NCBI GenBank assembly: GCA_965248055.1
Contig: CBDFIJ010000004.1
Location: forward strand, 2,823,908 to 2,887,907
Origin: Candidatus Multivoradales bacterium
Lineage (GTDB): Bacteria > Acidobacteriota > Thermoanaerobaculia > Multivoradales > JAHEKO01
DNA length: 64,000 nucleotides
Direction of reading: 5' to 3'
Numbering within the stretch: position 1 is the first letter of the stretch; each line of letters starts with the position of its first letter. The position numbers were made by a program, and so were the translations under genes. Positions 1 through 8,487 of the stretch are shown here, in pieces. Under the pieces are notes generated by a model. The model worked only from the letters and a program-made list of their open reading frames with translations, was not told the origin of the DNA and made no database searches.

Positions 1-1105
1 CGTATGGGTCATGGTATCCAAGCTCTGCACCAACTCTGAGTAGCTGATCCATGATCGGGAACGCCGGGCTTTCCCGGGGATCGTCGACGTTGGGTTTGTA
101 GGCGATCCCCAGCACTAGGACTTTGGCGTCATCAATCGAGGTGCCTCGGTCCGAGAGTGCGCTGACTAACCGCTCGACCACGTGGTCGGCCATTTGGGTG
201 TTGATTTCACCGGCCAGTTTGATGAAGTCGGCACTGGCTCCAGCGCGCTCTGCAGCCCAAGATAGATAGAACGGGTCAATCGGGATGCAATGACCACCCC
301 AGCCAGGGCCTGGGTCAAAACGCATGAAGCCGAAGGGCTTGGTCTCGGCGGCATCGAGCACTTCCCATATGTCGACGCCGAGCTTTTCATAGACCAGTTT
401 GAGCTCGTTGACCAGCGCGATGTTGATTGCCCGAAAAATGTTTTCGGTCAGTTTGGTGGCTTCTGCGGCCCGTGGGCTGGATACTTCGATCACCGAAGGA
501 ACGATGGCCCGATAGAGAGCTGCTGCAACCTCAGTGGCGTCAGTACCCAGTCCTCCAACAACTTTGGGGATGCTGGAAGTGGAAAAATCTGGATTCCCTG
601 GGTCTTCGCGCTCTGGTGAGTAAGCAACCCAGAAATCAACCCCGGCTCGAAGACCTGAATTCTCCAAGAGCGGCTTAACAACCTCTTCAGTGGTGCCCGG
701 GTAGGTAGTGGACTCCAGGACAACCAGTTGTCCCTGACGCAAGTTCTGGGAAATGGTGGTGGCGGTCGCTTCGACGAAGCGAAGGTCAGGATCGCCTGAC
801 GCCGCCAGGGGGGTGGGGACGGTAATCAAGATTGCGTCGGCTTGCTGCAGAAGAGTGGGATCAGTGGTCGCGGTCAGATGGTGGTTCTCGGTTGCACGCT
901 GAATTCTTTGGGACGGGATGTGGCCGATGAAACTGGCGCCACTGAGTAGGTTGTCGACTTTGTTTTGATCAATGTCAAATCCGATGACCGAGAACTCTCG
1001 TTCGGCGAAGGTCAACGCGAGTGGTAGGCCGACGTAGCCCAATCCGACAATGCCGACAACGGCATCGCGCGCAGCGACTTTGGAAAGAAAATCCTGTGAA
1101 TGCAA
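1..1105 (-). CDS. Nucleotide-sugar 6-dehydrogenase (UDP-glucose/GDP-mannose dehydrogenase family, UDP-GlcNAc/UDP-ManNAc type); C-terminus lies beyond the window edge
   Basis: Absent from the ORF track because there is no stop in the window. My minus-strand translation from TTG at 1105 gives LHSQDFLSKVAARDAVVGIVGLGYVGLPLALTFAE (GxGxxG Rossmann), VAYSPEREDPGN, GPGWGGHCIPIDPFYL (catalytic Cys motif) and GIAYKPNVDDPRESPA. Confidence 0.85.
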   Translation of the reverse strand, partial: MHSQDFLSKVAARDAVVGIVGLGYVGLPLALTFAEREFSVIGFDIDQNKVDNLLSGASFIGHIPSQRIQRATENHHLTATTDPTLLQQADAILITVPTPLAASGDPDLRFVEATATTISQNLRQGQLVVLESTTYPGTTEEVVKPLLENSGLRAGVDFWVAYSPEREDPGNPDFSTSSIPKVVGGLGTDATEVAAALYRAIVPSVIEVSSPRAAEATKLTENIFRAINIALVNELKLVYEKLGVDIWEVLDAAETKPFGFMRFDPGPGWGGHCIPIDPFYLSWAAERAGASADFIKLAGEINTQMADHVVERLVSALSDRGTSIDDAKVLVLGIAYKPNVDDPRESPAFPIMDQLLRVGAELGYHDPY

Positions 1106-1154
1106 CGGCTACCCGGATAGTTCCAGTTTCGCGGAAGCCGGAAATGCTGTCGAA

Positions 1155-2081
1155 CTAGGGCTCAGACGGCGAGATAATTGGGTCTTCCACCACTTCGCCG
1201 GCGACCACTGCGGCCGCAGCTCCGGCCACCGGTACCCATCCTGGCAGCATAGCGACGACGCAGGCGCGGCAAGATTCATCGCCCCGCTTGATCCCTTCTT
1301 GGTCCAGGCGAGTCACGATCCCTGTGCACTCCCACTGAAATGGCGGCTTACCATATTGCCAAGTCGAGGATTCCGCTACCGTCATATTGGCCTGCTCGCC
1401 AAGTTGCTGGGGTGTGGACTCGATGTGACACTGGTCTTGGTCTGGCTCGACAATCGCGACAAACATGTCCGAACGTACGCTTCTGAGACCGTTGGGTGAG
1501 TAGGCGGCAACAAAGTACTCTGCCGGGTTGTTCTCAAGCTCCTCAAGCCACTCTTGGAGATCTTCGTTGGATAGTGCGGTCATCCAGGTTCTGGGCTCTG
1601 CCGAGCCGACCGAGGCTTTCTCGCGGATCTCGTCATCGTCGAAACTATTGTTGGGGTCGCGATCGATGGACGCCTCCTTGGCCTTCCACCAATCAGCCCA
1701 GTCGGTGTCGTTGTACTCGTCGTGCTCATCGTCGTCGTAGTACTCGTGGTCGTTATCGAGATCGAATCGCTCAGGCTCACGATCTTCGGGGTCCGGAAGG
1801 ACGCCCCAGTAGTTATCCTGTGAATCGGTCTGCATGATGGTGTAGTAGAAATCTTCGACGATGTGATGCATCCGTCGATAGTAGAGGCGCACCTCGGAAT
1901 TCGCGGGTAGTTCCCCTACCGTGGCAGAAACCACTGCGTGATTGCTTTCATCGTGAAACGGTTCAAGCGGAACGCAGGCAGTAGGAGTCACCGTAATAGT
2001 TTGCGCCGCCATCGGCGCAACCAAGATTGCCCCAAACAGGGCGACTCCTACAACTGAGTGTCGCGCTGATTTTCTATTCAT
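1155..2081 (-). CDS. Hypothetical secreted protein with a very acidic central region
   Basis: 308 aa ORF. Signal-peptide-like N-terminus MNRKSARHSVVGVALFGAILVAPMAAQ and a D/E/Y-rich stretch (DLDNDHEYYDDDEHDEYNDTDWADWW). No family recognised. Confidence 0.55.
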   Translation of the reverse strand: MNRKSARHSVVGVALFGAILVAPMAAQTITVTPTACVPLEPFHDESNHAVVSATVGELPANSEVRLYYRRMHHIVEDFYYTIMQTDSQDNYWGVLPDPEDREPERFDLDNDHEYYDDDEHDEYNDTDWADWWKAKEASIDRDPNNSFDDDEIREKASVGSAEPRTWMTALSNEDLQEWLEELENNPAEYFVAAYSPNGLRSVRSDMFVAIVEPDQDQCHIESTPQQLGEQANMTVAESSTWQYGKPPFQWECTGIVTRLDQEGIKRGDESCRACVVAMLPGWVPVAGAAAAVVAGEVVEDPIISPSEP

Positions 2082-2247
2082 AATCTAGCCCCTCAAGATA
2101 CAACAACATAAAAACACAACCCTACAGCTAACCTCGCTTTTCGTAGGCCCACGGGGAAATTAACCTAACTGCGCTGTTTCGTCAACTTCTGTAACGCAGA
2201 ACAGCGGGACACCACGAGCACTAACGACCTCCACTCAGGCCCGAAAG

Positions 2248-3120
2248 CTACCTGCTTGCTGCGATAGTCGCGACATTGGGGTCGGCTTGGATACCTGCTG
2301 GCAAGGAATCAAAATAATCAGATGCTTCATCCGGATCGGCCTGGGCGATGCAGCGCAACGTTTTCCAGGCCTCAAGCGCACGAGGTGACTGAGTGCAGAG
2401 ACGCCAAGAGCGCGCTACTTCTCGGCACCGCTGTCCACCGACAAGAACCGAGACCGCTGAACAATAGGTATTGGCATCGAGGCCCTCGAGTGCCAAAAGC
2501 CGAACCGCCGGGACCGCCGCATCTTGACTCCGACCGGCGGCGGTTTCAAGCAGCATCAAGTTCCGCAACGCAGCGTGGTCCTGTCCGTCCTTTGAAATCG
2601 ACTGGCGCAGTAGTGCCCGGCGGTCTCGGTAAGAAGTCGGAGTAGGTGGCACCGGAACTCTATTGTTCGATGGGGGAGCTTCGATCTTCAGGAGGTGTCT
2701 CAGCCGCGCCGGTTCCATCCATCGGAAAGCAGCCTCTTCAAAAATTCGGCGGGTTCCTGGATTGCCCTGGTAGGTGCTGTAGACGCCGAATCTGCGTTCA
2801 AGTTCGACTAGGCGCGCAAAGACCTTGCTGAACTGTTCACCATTCTGCTTGCGGTCGCAGGTAATCGCGAGTTCGAGTTGACATTCGGTGAGTCGCTGTG
2901 GGCGGTCCAAGAGTCCAAAGCAAGCGATTTCTAGATCGCGGTAAGACGATTCAAAGTCGCCACTGTTTCGAGCTGCAACTCCAAGGTTCAATAAATTTTC
3001 ATAGAAATCTGGTTGGGCTGCAAGAGGTACTGACGAAAAATCAGACCCTGCGAGCATCGCCACAGCAGCGATCAAAACGGTTGACCGTGGCTGGAATGTC
3101 TTGCGGCGCGTTGTTTTCAT
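2248..3120 (-). CDS. Hypothetical secreted protein
   Basis: The likely start is MKTTRRKTF at 3120, which gives an ATGA overlap with the stop of the upstream phosphatase gene at 3117. Signal-like LIAAVAMLAGS...PLAAQ. No family recognised. Confidence 0.5.
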   Translation of the reverse strand: MKTTRRKTFQPRSTVLIAAVAMLAGSDFSSVPLAAQPDFYENLLNLGVAARNSGDFESSYRDLEIACFGLLDRPQRLTECQLELAITCDRKQNGEQFSKVFARLVELERRFGVYSTYQGNPGTRRIFEEAAFRWMEPARLRHLLKIEAPPSNNRVPVPPTPTSYRDRRALLRQSISKDGQDHAALRNLMLLETAAGRSQDAAVPAVRLLALEGLDANTYCSAVSVLVGGQRCREVARSWRLCTQSPRALEAWKTLRCIAQADPDEASDYFDSLPAGIQADPNVATIAASR

Positions 3121-3833
3121 GCTCGCCGCGCCTCCTCGACGATCCTCTGGGCGTTGGAGCGGGTCAACGAAGTGGCGATTTCTCTGCCCCATGTCCGCTC
3201 AATGACCTCTCGTGCGGCCTCAAGGCCTGGGGGACGCCAGGTCGGAGAGTGCGCGTCGCTAGCCACGTAGTGGACAGTCCCCCGATCAATCAGACTGTGG
3301 GCAAATTTCTGCGCCGGGGATCCGAATTCACCGGTTACCGACATTGCTGTGACTTGAAACTGAATCCCTTGCCCTGACCAACCATCGATCAATTCCGGGG
3401 TTTCGACCAGGAACGGAATGAACTCGGGGTGGGCAATGATCGGTGACAGTCCGGCGACCATCAATTCGTGGATTATTTCGCCCGCGTTGTGCGCAGTGTG
3501 GTTGGCCCCGAACTCGAGCAGGGTATATCGTGTTCCACCGAGTCCAGTCGCTGTGCTTCCTTGGGCGAGCAAGTCATCAACCGACTGATCGGTGACGTGT
3601 ACCTCGCCGCCGGATAGAACTTCCAGGTTTCCTGAGTAGGAGGCATTTAACGCGGCAGCGCGCTGCTCGATTTCTCGCCGGGTGAGGGTCGGCCAAGCGC
3701 TAAATTGGTGCGGGGTCGCAAATACGTGGGTGCAACCACTTTCCTCGGCGAGTCGACACATCGAAAGCGAGTCGTCGTTGCTTTGGGCGCCGTCATCAAC
3801 GTTGGCAAGAAGGTGCATATGAATGTCAATCAT
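3117..3833 (-). CDS. PHP-domain protein-tyrosine phosphatase (CpsB/YwqE type) of capsule/EPS loci
   Basis: Start chosen at MIDIHMHLLANVDDGAQS (ATG at 3833), 20 nt after the kinase stop. Metal-binding HxH at the N-terminus, THVFATPH and YVASDAHS motifs are typical of CpsB-type PHP phosphatases. The longer track ORF (to 4100) overlaps the kinase gene and is rejected. Confidence 0.8.
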   Translation of the reverse strand: MIDIHMHLLANVDDGAQSNDDSLSMCRLAEESGCTHVFATPHQFSAWPTLTRREIEQRAAALNASYSGNLEVLSGGEVHVTDQSVDDLLAQGSTATGLGGTRYTLLEFGANHTAHNAGEIIHELMVAGLSPIIAHPEFIPFLVETPELIDGWSGQGIQFQVTAMSVTGEFGSPAQKFAHSLIDRGTVHYVASDAHSPTWRPPGLEAAREVIERTWGREIATSLTRSNAQRIVEEARRA

Positions 3834-3852
3834 GCTGAAGCGAAACAAGAGA

Positions 3853-5619
3853 TCAGGCGGCAGTGTCCCGCACCGCAGAATCGGAGGACCGGTAAGAAGC
3901 CTTGTGGTAGTTGTACCGGTAGCTGCGATAGCGAGAACCGGATCCGTCGGGGTTGAAACGATTGAGAACCAAACCCAAGACTTTGGTACCGGCAACCTGC
4001 AGCCGCGCTCGCGCTGCGCGAGCGTGGTCACGTCGGAGAACCCCCGAAGCGACGGTAAGCACCAATCCGTCGACGTGCAGAGCGACCAACATTGGGTCAC
4101 TCACGGCTAAGACCGGGGGTGCGTCAATGATCACGAAGTCGTAGTACTTGCGCGCCTCGTCAACCAATTGCCCCATTTGTACAGAGGACAAGAGTTCACT
4201 GGGATTGGGGGGAATCGGCCCAGAGGGAAGTACGCTCAAGTTGGCAACTTGGGTCAACTGAACTGCTTGCCCGAGGTCTGCGCCTCCGGTCAGCACGTTG
4301 ACGCTGCCGATCCGGTTACTAATCTCAAAGATCTTGTGTTGGCGTGGGCGCCTTAGGTCTGCGTCAATGATCAAGACCTTTCTTCCTAGTTGCGCCATAA
4401 CCACGGCCAGATTGACGGCAGTCGAACTCTTACCTTCGCCAGCGTCTGCCGAAGTGATGGCCACTGCCTCCAAAACATCGGCGGAAGACATCAACAAAGC
4501 TGCCCGTAGGGAACGATAGGCCTCAGCGAGCACTGAGTGTGGCTTGAGCAACGGAATCAGTTCGATGTTTGGTTCCGCATCTCCGTCTTCCGGTCTCTGT
4601 GGACCGGTTGGCGACGGGGAATCACTGCCGTAGGCTGCATAGTTGTATTGGTAGTTGTAGCGATAGCCATATCTCCCTCGCCGGTAGCCATAGCGGCGGG
4701 TCTTGGCACTGGCGTCGGGAATGATGCCCAAAGTAGGAAGAGCAAAGGTCCGCTCGGCCTGCTCAGGAGTCTTGATTGTGTTGTCCATGTAGTGGAAGCC
4801 AAGCACCAGCAAGATGCCGAAAATAGAGCCGAACAAAAGCCCAGATGTGACGTCTTTTCTCCAATTGGGTTGAAAAGGACTGCTTGGCGCGATCGCTCGT
4901 TCAATCACGTGGACGTTGGTGTCGTTGGTTTCGCTTAAGTCGGAAGAGGCAGAACTACTGGCTTGCTGTTGTTGCAGCTTCGTCAATCGTTCTTCTAATC
5001 CTTGAATCTCTCTGCGAAGCGATCCGGCAAGAGAGGACTCACCCGAGTTTTCGGTGGCTGCTTCGCGAGTCTGTTCAATTTCCGTAAGCAAATTTTCTTC
5101 GCGTGAAACCGCAGCTTGGTAGTCGGAACGGGCTTGTTGTCGGGCCGCTGAAGCGATGCGCGCAACCCCGCGCGAATAGCCGGCCCGAGCTTCGGCCAGA
5201 GAGGTCTCAGCGTCATCAAGGGCTGGATAGCCTGGGCGATAGCGTTCGCGAAGCGCGGCGATCTCTTGCTCTTTTTTTCTAATGTCGCGCTCTAGAGCAG
5301 ACAGCTCAGCTGAGTTGGAACTACGAGCGATGGTTTCAGAGGACTGGCTTCTGAGCTGTTGGTATGTGGCTTCGAGGCTAACACGATCCGTGCTGGCCTG
5401 GGTGCGATCAGATTCCAAATCCTTGAGGCGTTCATTGGCGAGGTCGCCGGAGGCGTCGAGCGTCAAGTTCTGCGACTCCCGGGTCAGTGCACCGAGGTCC
5501 TGGCGCTTGCTGGCGACTTGATCTTGAGCGTTCGAATCTGTCCGGTCAAGAAATCGGTCGCAGCTCCGGCTTGCGTGCGGCGTTGGTCGACCCCCAATTG
5601 AATGTACTGCTGTGCCCAC
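3853..5619 (-). CDS. Polysaccharide co-polymerase/tyrosine autokinase (Wzc/GumC-like), C-terminal fragment: coiled coil, TM2 and BY-kinase domain
   Basis: Walker A AGEGKSSTAVNLAVVMAQLGRKVLIIDADLRRP, Walker B-like FVIIDAPP, and a Tyr-rich tail RYRSYRYNYHKASYRSS. The first roughly 30 codons of the track ORF are out-of-frame read-through; genuine Wzc sequence begins near DQVASKRQDL (about 5523). Confidence 0.8.
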   Translation of the reverse strand: MGTAVHSIGGRPTPHASRSCDRFLDRTDSNAQDQVASKRQDLGALTRESQNLTLDASGDLANERLKDLESDRTQASTDRVSLEATYQQLRSQSSETIARSSNSAELSALERDIRKKEQEIAALRERYRPGYPALDDAETSLAEARAGYSRGVARIASAARQQARSDYQAAVSREENLLTEIEQTREAATENSGESSLAGSLRREIQGLEERLTKLQQQQASSSASSDLSETNDTNVHVIERAIAPSSPFQPNWRKDVTSGLLFGSIFGILLVLGFHYMDNTIKTPEQAERTFALPTLGIIPDASAKTRRYGYRRGRYGYRYNYQYNYAAYGSDSPSPTGPQRPEDGDAEPNIELIPLLKPHSVLAEAYRSLRAALLMSSADVLEAVAITSADAGEGKSSTAVNLAVVMAQLGRKVLIIDADLRRPRQHKIFEISNRIGSVNVLTGGADLGQAVQLTQVANLSVLPSGPIPPNPSELLSSVQMGQLVDEARKYYDFVIIDAPPVLAVSDPMLVALHVDGLVLTVASGVLRRDHARAARARLQVAGTKVLGLVLNRFNPDGSGSRYRSYRYNYHKASYRSSDSAVRDTAA

Positions 5620-6164
5620 TCGTTGACGATCTTGGCCGCCAGTGCTGGGTCGGCATGGACAAAGCGTATGTTGACTAGCTCGGTGCCTTTCTCGGGCGCC
5701 ACCTTGACTTTGAGTCCGCGCGCCATTCGAGCGATCGCCGCTTCATCTTGTTCAGGGGTTGAAGCCAGGGTGTTGTCTTCGACCGCAGTTGGCTTTCCGC
5801 CGAATTGCGGCTCTTCCCACAAGCGCAGAGAGCGCACGACTTGTTCGGCGATACGGCTGCTCTGAATGAGTTTGTATTGGGTTGGGTAGTACTCGAAGTT
5901 CCACATGCCCTCAAACCAAGCCATCTGCGGGTTGGTAAGACTCGCCAAAGTCTTACGTTGGATATGAACCTTGGTCGAAGCTTGATAAAGGCGCGGAGTG
6001 ATCAGGTAATGCACGATGCCAAAACCGACTCCGATCAGAGCAATCGCAAGAACCCAAAGCCATCTGCGTCGAACAGCACCTACCGCTTCGACCAATAGCT
6101 CAGATTCAAACAGCCCGGAAGACTCTCCAGCACCGTGTTCGGTTGCCAGTAGGTCTTGACTCAA
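5484..6164 (-). CDS. Wzz/chain-length-determinant N-terminal fragment of the same Wzc-like protein (TM1 plus start of the periplasmic domain)
   Basis: TM WLWVLAIALIGVGFGIVHYLI followed by PRLYQASTKVHIQ...YYPTQYKLIQSSRIAEQVV (Wzz-domain pattern). It overlaps the 3853..5619 ORF in a different frame, and starts with a 4-nt overlap on the wza-like stop. Confidence 0.75.
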   Translation of the reverse strand: MSQDLLATEHGAGESSGLFESELLVEAVGAVRRRWLWVLAIALIGVGFGIVHYLITPRLYQASTKVHIQRKTLASLTNPQMAWFEGMWNFEYYPTQYKLIQSSRIAEQVVRSLRLWEEPQFGGKPTAVEDNTLASTPEQDEAAIARMARGLKVKVAPEKGTELVNIRFVHADPALAAKIVNEWAQQYIQLGVDQRRTQAGAATDFLTGQIRTLKIKSPASARTSVH

Positions 6165-6982
6165 AAGAAGGACTCCTTGATCTCCACCACATCACCGTTG
6201 AGTAGTTGGAAACCGGGATTCGCTCGGTAGTTGACTTTCAAAGTCTCGGTCTTGCCGTCTTTGCCGGTGCGACGAACCACCGCTTTGGAGGAAGCCCGCT
6301 CTGACGGTCCACCTGCATAAGCGATTGCCGCGCCCAAAGTAATGGGAGTTTGCTCGGCCCAATCTTGCCTGCCCACGTTTTCAACGCTTCCTTGGAAATA
6401 GATGTAGATCGGCGCGACCTTGGAAACCGTGATTACGTCGTTACTAAATACCGGAATGTCATACCTGCTGGCGCCCGCTTGCAGTTGGTCGACGGGGATT
6501 TGCAGAGTGCTGGTCAGTCCATTCTCTGCTCGGCGCACCACGGTCAAAGTGCTCCCCGCCTCATTGGTAAAGCCGCCGGCTTCAATGATCGCGTTGAGTA
6601 AACTCAAAGGGCCTGGGATCGGGAGTTTTCCAGGATTACTCACCGCGCCCAGGACCGAGATCGGTTTGGAATTGAACTCGTCAATCCTCACCCGAACGAT
6701 CGGGCGAAGAAGGAATTCCTTCAAAGTCGCGGTGATGCGGTCAGAAAGTTGAGTTTCGCTCAGCCCGGCAACTTCCACGTCGCCATAAAAGCCCAAGTCG
6801 ATCATGCCCCCGGTGGTGACCCGATATTCGCCTTTGATCTCGTCTTCACCCTGAACCTCAATGGTCACAACATCCATCGGGCCCAATCGATACTCCTGGT
6901 AAGAATTTCCACTTTGCCCGTGGGCCAATACCGGGATACAGCACCAAACGAGTGCAACCGCAATGAACTTTATGAAACGCAT
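6161..6982 (-). CDS. Polysaccharide export protein (Wza/GumB family: Poly_export plus SLBB domains)
   Basis: Signal peptide MRFIKFIAVALVWCCIPVLAHG, YRLGPMDVVTIEV, GMIDLGFYGDVEVAGLSETQL and ISVLGAVSNPGKLPI are typical of the Poly_export family. Confidence 0.85.
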   Translation of the reverse strand: MRFIKFIAVALVWCCIPVLAHGQSGNSYQEYRLGPMDVVTIEVQGEDEIKGEYRVTTGGMIDLGFYGDVEVAGLSETQLSDRITATLKEFLLRPIVRVRIDEFNSKPISVLGAVSNPGKLPIPGPLSLLNAIIEAGGFTNEAGSTLTVVRRAENGLTSTLQIPVDQLQAGASRYDIPVFSNDVITVSKVAPIYIYFQGSVENVGRQDWAEQTPITLGAAIAYAGGPSERASSKAVVRRTGKDGKTETLKVNYRANPGFQLLNGDVVEIKESFF

Positions 6983-7075
6983 ACTGATTTTGTGATTGAC
7001 TCCACATCAACTCAGGGAGCATGGGTTCTCTACAGCGAATTATATGCCGAGAAGGTCGGCTCGGCCACAGATTTC

Positions 7076-8404
7076 CTAAATGCCTGAGGCGCGAATCGAA
7101 GGCGGGCTGGCTTTGGCGCCAAAAGGAGTGAAGGTTACGCCCAAACGGAACCGGTCAACATTGCGGTCAAATTCAACTCCTGCCCCTTGATCTACTTCGC
7201 TGTGCGAGTACCCTGCTCCGAAGGTCGAGCGATCTCCGAGAGGGAGTTGATAGTCGATTCCATAGGCGGTTCGATCGTCGTTGCGCGGAGTCAAACCTTG
7301 GTAGCGGTCGGTCCCGGTCTCGTAGTAACCACTTAGGGTGGATCGGCTGCTGGATAGCTGTAGACGGGTGCCGGTCGATTGCGCAATGAAATGGCTATGG
7401 ATATTGGACAACGCGTAAACCAGGCCGCGTCGTGAGTAGACCGCGAGATTCCATTTCTGGCTGCGCGAGGTCATGCCGACTTCGACTCTTCCGGTGTTGT
7501 CCGAAATCGGAGCGATTGCGACTGCCCCCTGGTCGGGTTGGATATCCAGGCCAACCCAGTCTAAGGACAACCACGAGCGCGATCCCTGCAGAGTTGAACT
7601 GACGAACAGGGAGGTGCTGGAGTTGGATCGATCTCGTCCGAGTTGTGAGAACTGTGCTTCGCTGTCTTGAATGCCAGCGGTGAAGGAGACGCGGTCGGTG
7701 TTGATCCGTAGCCCGAATCGAGAAACGGTCTCTTCGCGATCTAAATCTTGAAATCGTGACTGGACCTCAACGGAGCGATCTACCGACTCGAACTGGGTCA
7801 CGCTGGTTCCGGCGACCAGATCGATGTGCCGGTACAGGTTGACGGAGAAATCGACTTTGGCCGCTTCTTCTCGCTGCACCAACTCCTGTTCCAACTCGCG
7901 AGTGACCACGCCGAGATGTTCTCTGATCCCCAGGGAAACTTCGGTCTGCAGACGGTTGTACAAACCGAAGAGCGAGGCTCCGTAGACTTCGTTGAGGCCA
8001 CTGCGTTGGTCCTGACCGCTCCACCAGTTGTACTCGGGCCGAGCGTGCAGGGTGAGAAATGCTTTGCTTCCGACCGGCAGATATCCCTGGAAGCCAGCAC
8101 TGGCAACCGCAAGAAAATCTTTGTCTTCCCCGGAGTCGGTCAGCTGTCCGACGGTGTTGGAGACATAGCCAAGTCGATCAATGCCGATCCAAGGATCAAC
8201 CCGCAGGCGCCCAAACTTCCAACGCGAATTGTCGATCGCGCTGTCTAATAATTCCCTCGGGTTGTCCCTGATCCCCTGGACCGATCCGGGTGCTGAGTAG
8301 GGGCTCGACTGAGCAAACGATATGCTCGCCAACTGAGAGCCAACGGTTAACCAAGCTATTAGCAATCCCCACTGACTAAAACGGACCAAGTTCGCGCTCT
8401 GCAA
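7076..8404 (-). CDS. Putative outer-membrane beta-barrel protein of the EPS locus
   Basis: 442 aa with signal-like LLIAWLTVGSQLASISFAQS. Alternating hydrophobic/polar beta-strand pattern with many Y/R/G/S/T. Position next to the wza-like gene. Family not identified. Confidence 0.5.
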   Translation of the reverse strand: MQSANLVRFSQWGLLIAWLTVGSQLASISFAQSSPYSAPGSVQGIRDNPRELLDSAIDNSRWKFGRLRVDPWIGIDRLGYVSNTVGQLTDSGEDKDFLAVASAGFQGYLPVGSKAFLTLHARPEYNWWSGQDQRSGLNEVYGASLFGLYNRLQTEVSLGIREHLGVVTRELEQELVQREEAAKVDFSVNLYRHIDLVAGTSVTQFESVDRSVEVQSRFQDLDREETVSRFGLRINTDRVSFTAGIQDSEAQFSQLGRDRSNSSTSLFVSSTLQGSRSWLSLDWVGLDIQPDQGAVAIAPISDNTGRVEVGMTSRSQKWNLAVYSRRGLVYALSNIHSHFIAQSTGTRLQLSSSRSTLSGYYETGTDRYQGLTPRNDDRTAYGIDYQLPLGDRSTFGAGYSHSEVDQGAGVEFDRNVDRFRLGVTFTPFGAKASPPSIRASGI

Positions 8405-8487
8405 TTTCTTAGATTCCCCCGGATATCCATGTGTCGTCTCAGCCGAAAGTCCCCGAAGTTAGGACCGACTAGCCAAGAGGCTCACCG

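Noticed and set aside
1155-1250. PEP-CTERM-like sorting signal at the C-terminus of the acidic secreted protein (ends ...ISPSEP)
   Set aside because: A PEP-CTERM signal needs the PEP motif followed by a TM helix and a basic tail. Here the hydrophobic stretch precedes the motif and nothing follows it.
5517-5526. Programmed -1 ribosomal frameshift joining the two wzc-like ORFs
   Set aside because: The junction CTCAAGATC is not an X XXY YYZ slippery heptamer, and I see no obvious downstream pseudoknot. Mutation or sequencing error is more parsimonious.
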